A stretch of DNA of 64,000 bases from Obrimoposthia wandeli (lineage: Eukaryota). The DNA is taken from assembly GCA_977020255.1 (NCBI GenBank), contig CDROCS010000681.1, forward strand, positions 744,001 to 808,000. Reading direction: 5' to 3'. A program made the translations under genes and the position numbers. Below, in pieces: positions 63,252 to 64,000 of this stretch; positions within the stretch are counted from its first letter, which is position 1, and the number at the start of each line of letters is the position of its first letter. Below the pieces are notes generated by a model that saw only the letters and a list, made by a program, of their open reading frames with translations, had not been told where the DNA came from and made no database searches.

Positions 63252-64000
63252 GAGTTGCTGTCTTCTGCTGCTGGTTCTCAGTGGAAGCTGGATCAACTCG
63301 TAAGTGCTTTTGTCTTCGCGCTAATGGACGAGTTAGAATTATATTTCCTTAATTAGTACTTTACCTTAATTCGAATTTCTTGTTTTCTTCTTGTCTTGCC
63401 TTTCTATACTCTGTCATCTTAGGCTCTAAACTCTTCATACATATACTGCATCAAACATGACCTTCATGGTCCTAATTATTTAAATTTTTAACAATTTTAC
63501 TTTAACAATTTAATTTTAATATGTAGTTTATTTTAAATATAACCTTGCTTTCAAGGATTTTTATTTTAGTATAAATTCAACCCATTATTTAATTTAGTTA
63601 AAACCTAATCCTAACATTAGAATAAAATATTTTTTTATCCAATGACATTCTTGCATTCAAACGTAGTTTAAAAATTGAGAAAAGCCTATGGATTTTTCAA
63701 ATAAATTATTTGAATAACCCGCTCTCATTGGACGACTGTTGTTTTTTGTATATAAGGAGACCTCTTTTCATTATTTTTCATAAATCAAAATTAAGAATGC
63801 CTATTTTAAACAACGGTGACCTAGACGAAGTATGGAGGTTCAAATGTATAGGGATATCTCTCCAGTACAGCAGCGAACGCCACCACTGACGCAGTACATT
63901 GACTTACTTAGTCAAGACTCGTCAGTGGTGAGCGAAGGAAACAAAGGAGAAGCAGCAGCAAGAGCGGAGCTATTACTAGAAGAATCGCCATTGGCCAGCT

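Larger units (their letters stand above)
61185..63630 (-). mobile_element. ~2.4 kb non-coding element related to 24330-26770
   Basis: Reverse-complement similarity at both ends. Internal 45-bp repeats replace the 68-bp array. Confidence 0.75.

Noticed and set aside
63832-64000. GC-rich open frame running off the window end (MEVQMYRDISP...)
   Set aside because: Only ~56 codons are visible and there is no recognisable motif.

Overview
Very AT-rich animal genomic DNA; the species cannot be identified from sequence alone. The only clear host gene is a rhodopsin-family peptide-receptor-like GPCR on the minus strand, with two GC-rich coding exons (~39.5-40.05 kb and ~30.6-31.4 kb) separated by an ~8 kb intron. 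The rest is mostly mobile DNA. The main feature is a Polinton/Maverick (adintovirus-like) element at 8071-19989 with AGTAGT termini and a perfect 6-bp target duplication (CTTAGC). It carries decayed capsid, penton, integrase, packaging-ATPase and core-protein genes, but I found no pPolB or protease gene in it. It also carries a BIR+RING IAP gene, a TBP-like gene with a 32-nt intron, and an unknown gene placed head-to-head with the TBP-like gene. A second, non-autonomous Polinton derivative (13902-17891) has inserted into the IAP gene. Two further Polinton-type relics lie at ~0.7-2.9 kb and ~59.7-60.8 kb. The latter repeats the TBP-like/unknown gene pair, with the intron at the same codon and a shared CCAATGAGA motif. 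Also present are two R2/NeSL-type (RLE) non-LTR retrotransposon fragments, pogo, Buster-hAT, BEL/Pao and intron-containing transposase relics, and four related non-coding elements that share a covarying three-way-junction end, two with internal tandem arrays. All assignments come from manual translation and motif recognition; no database searches were run.
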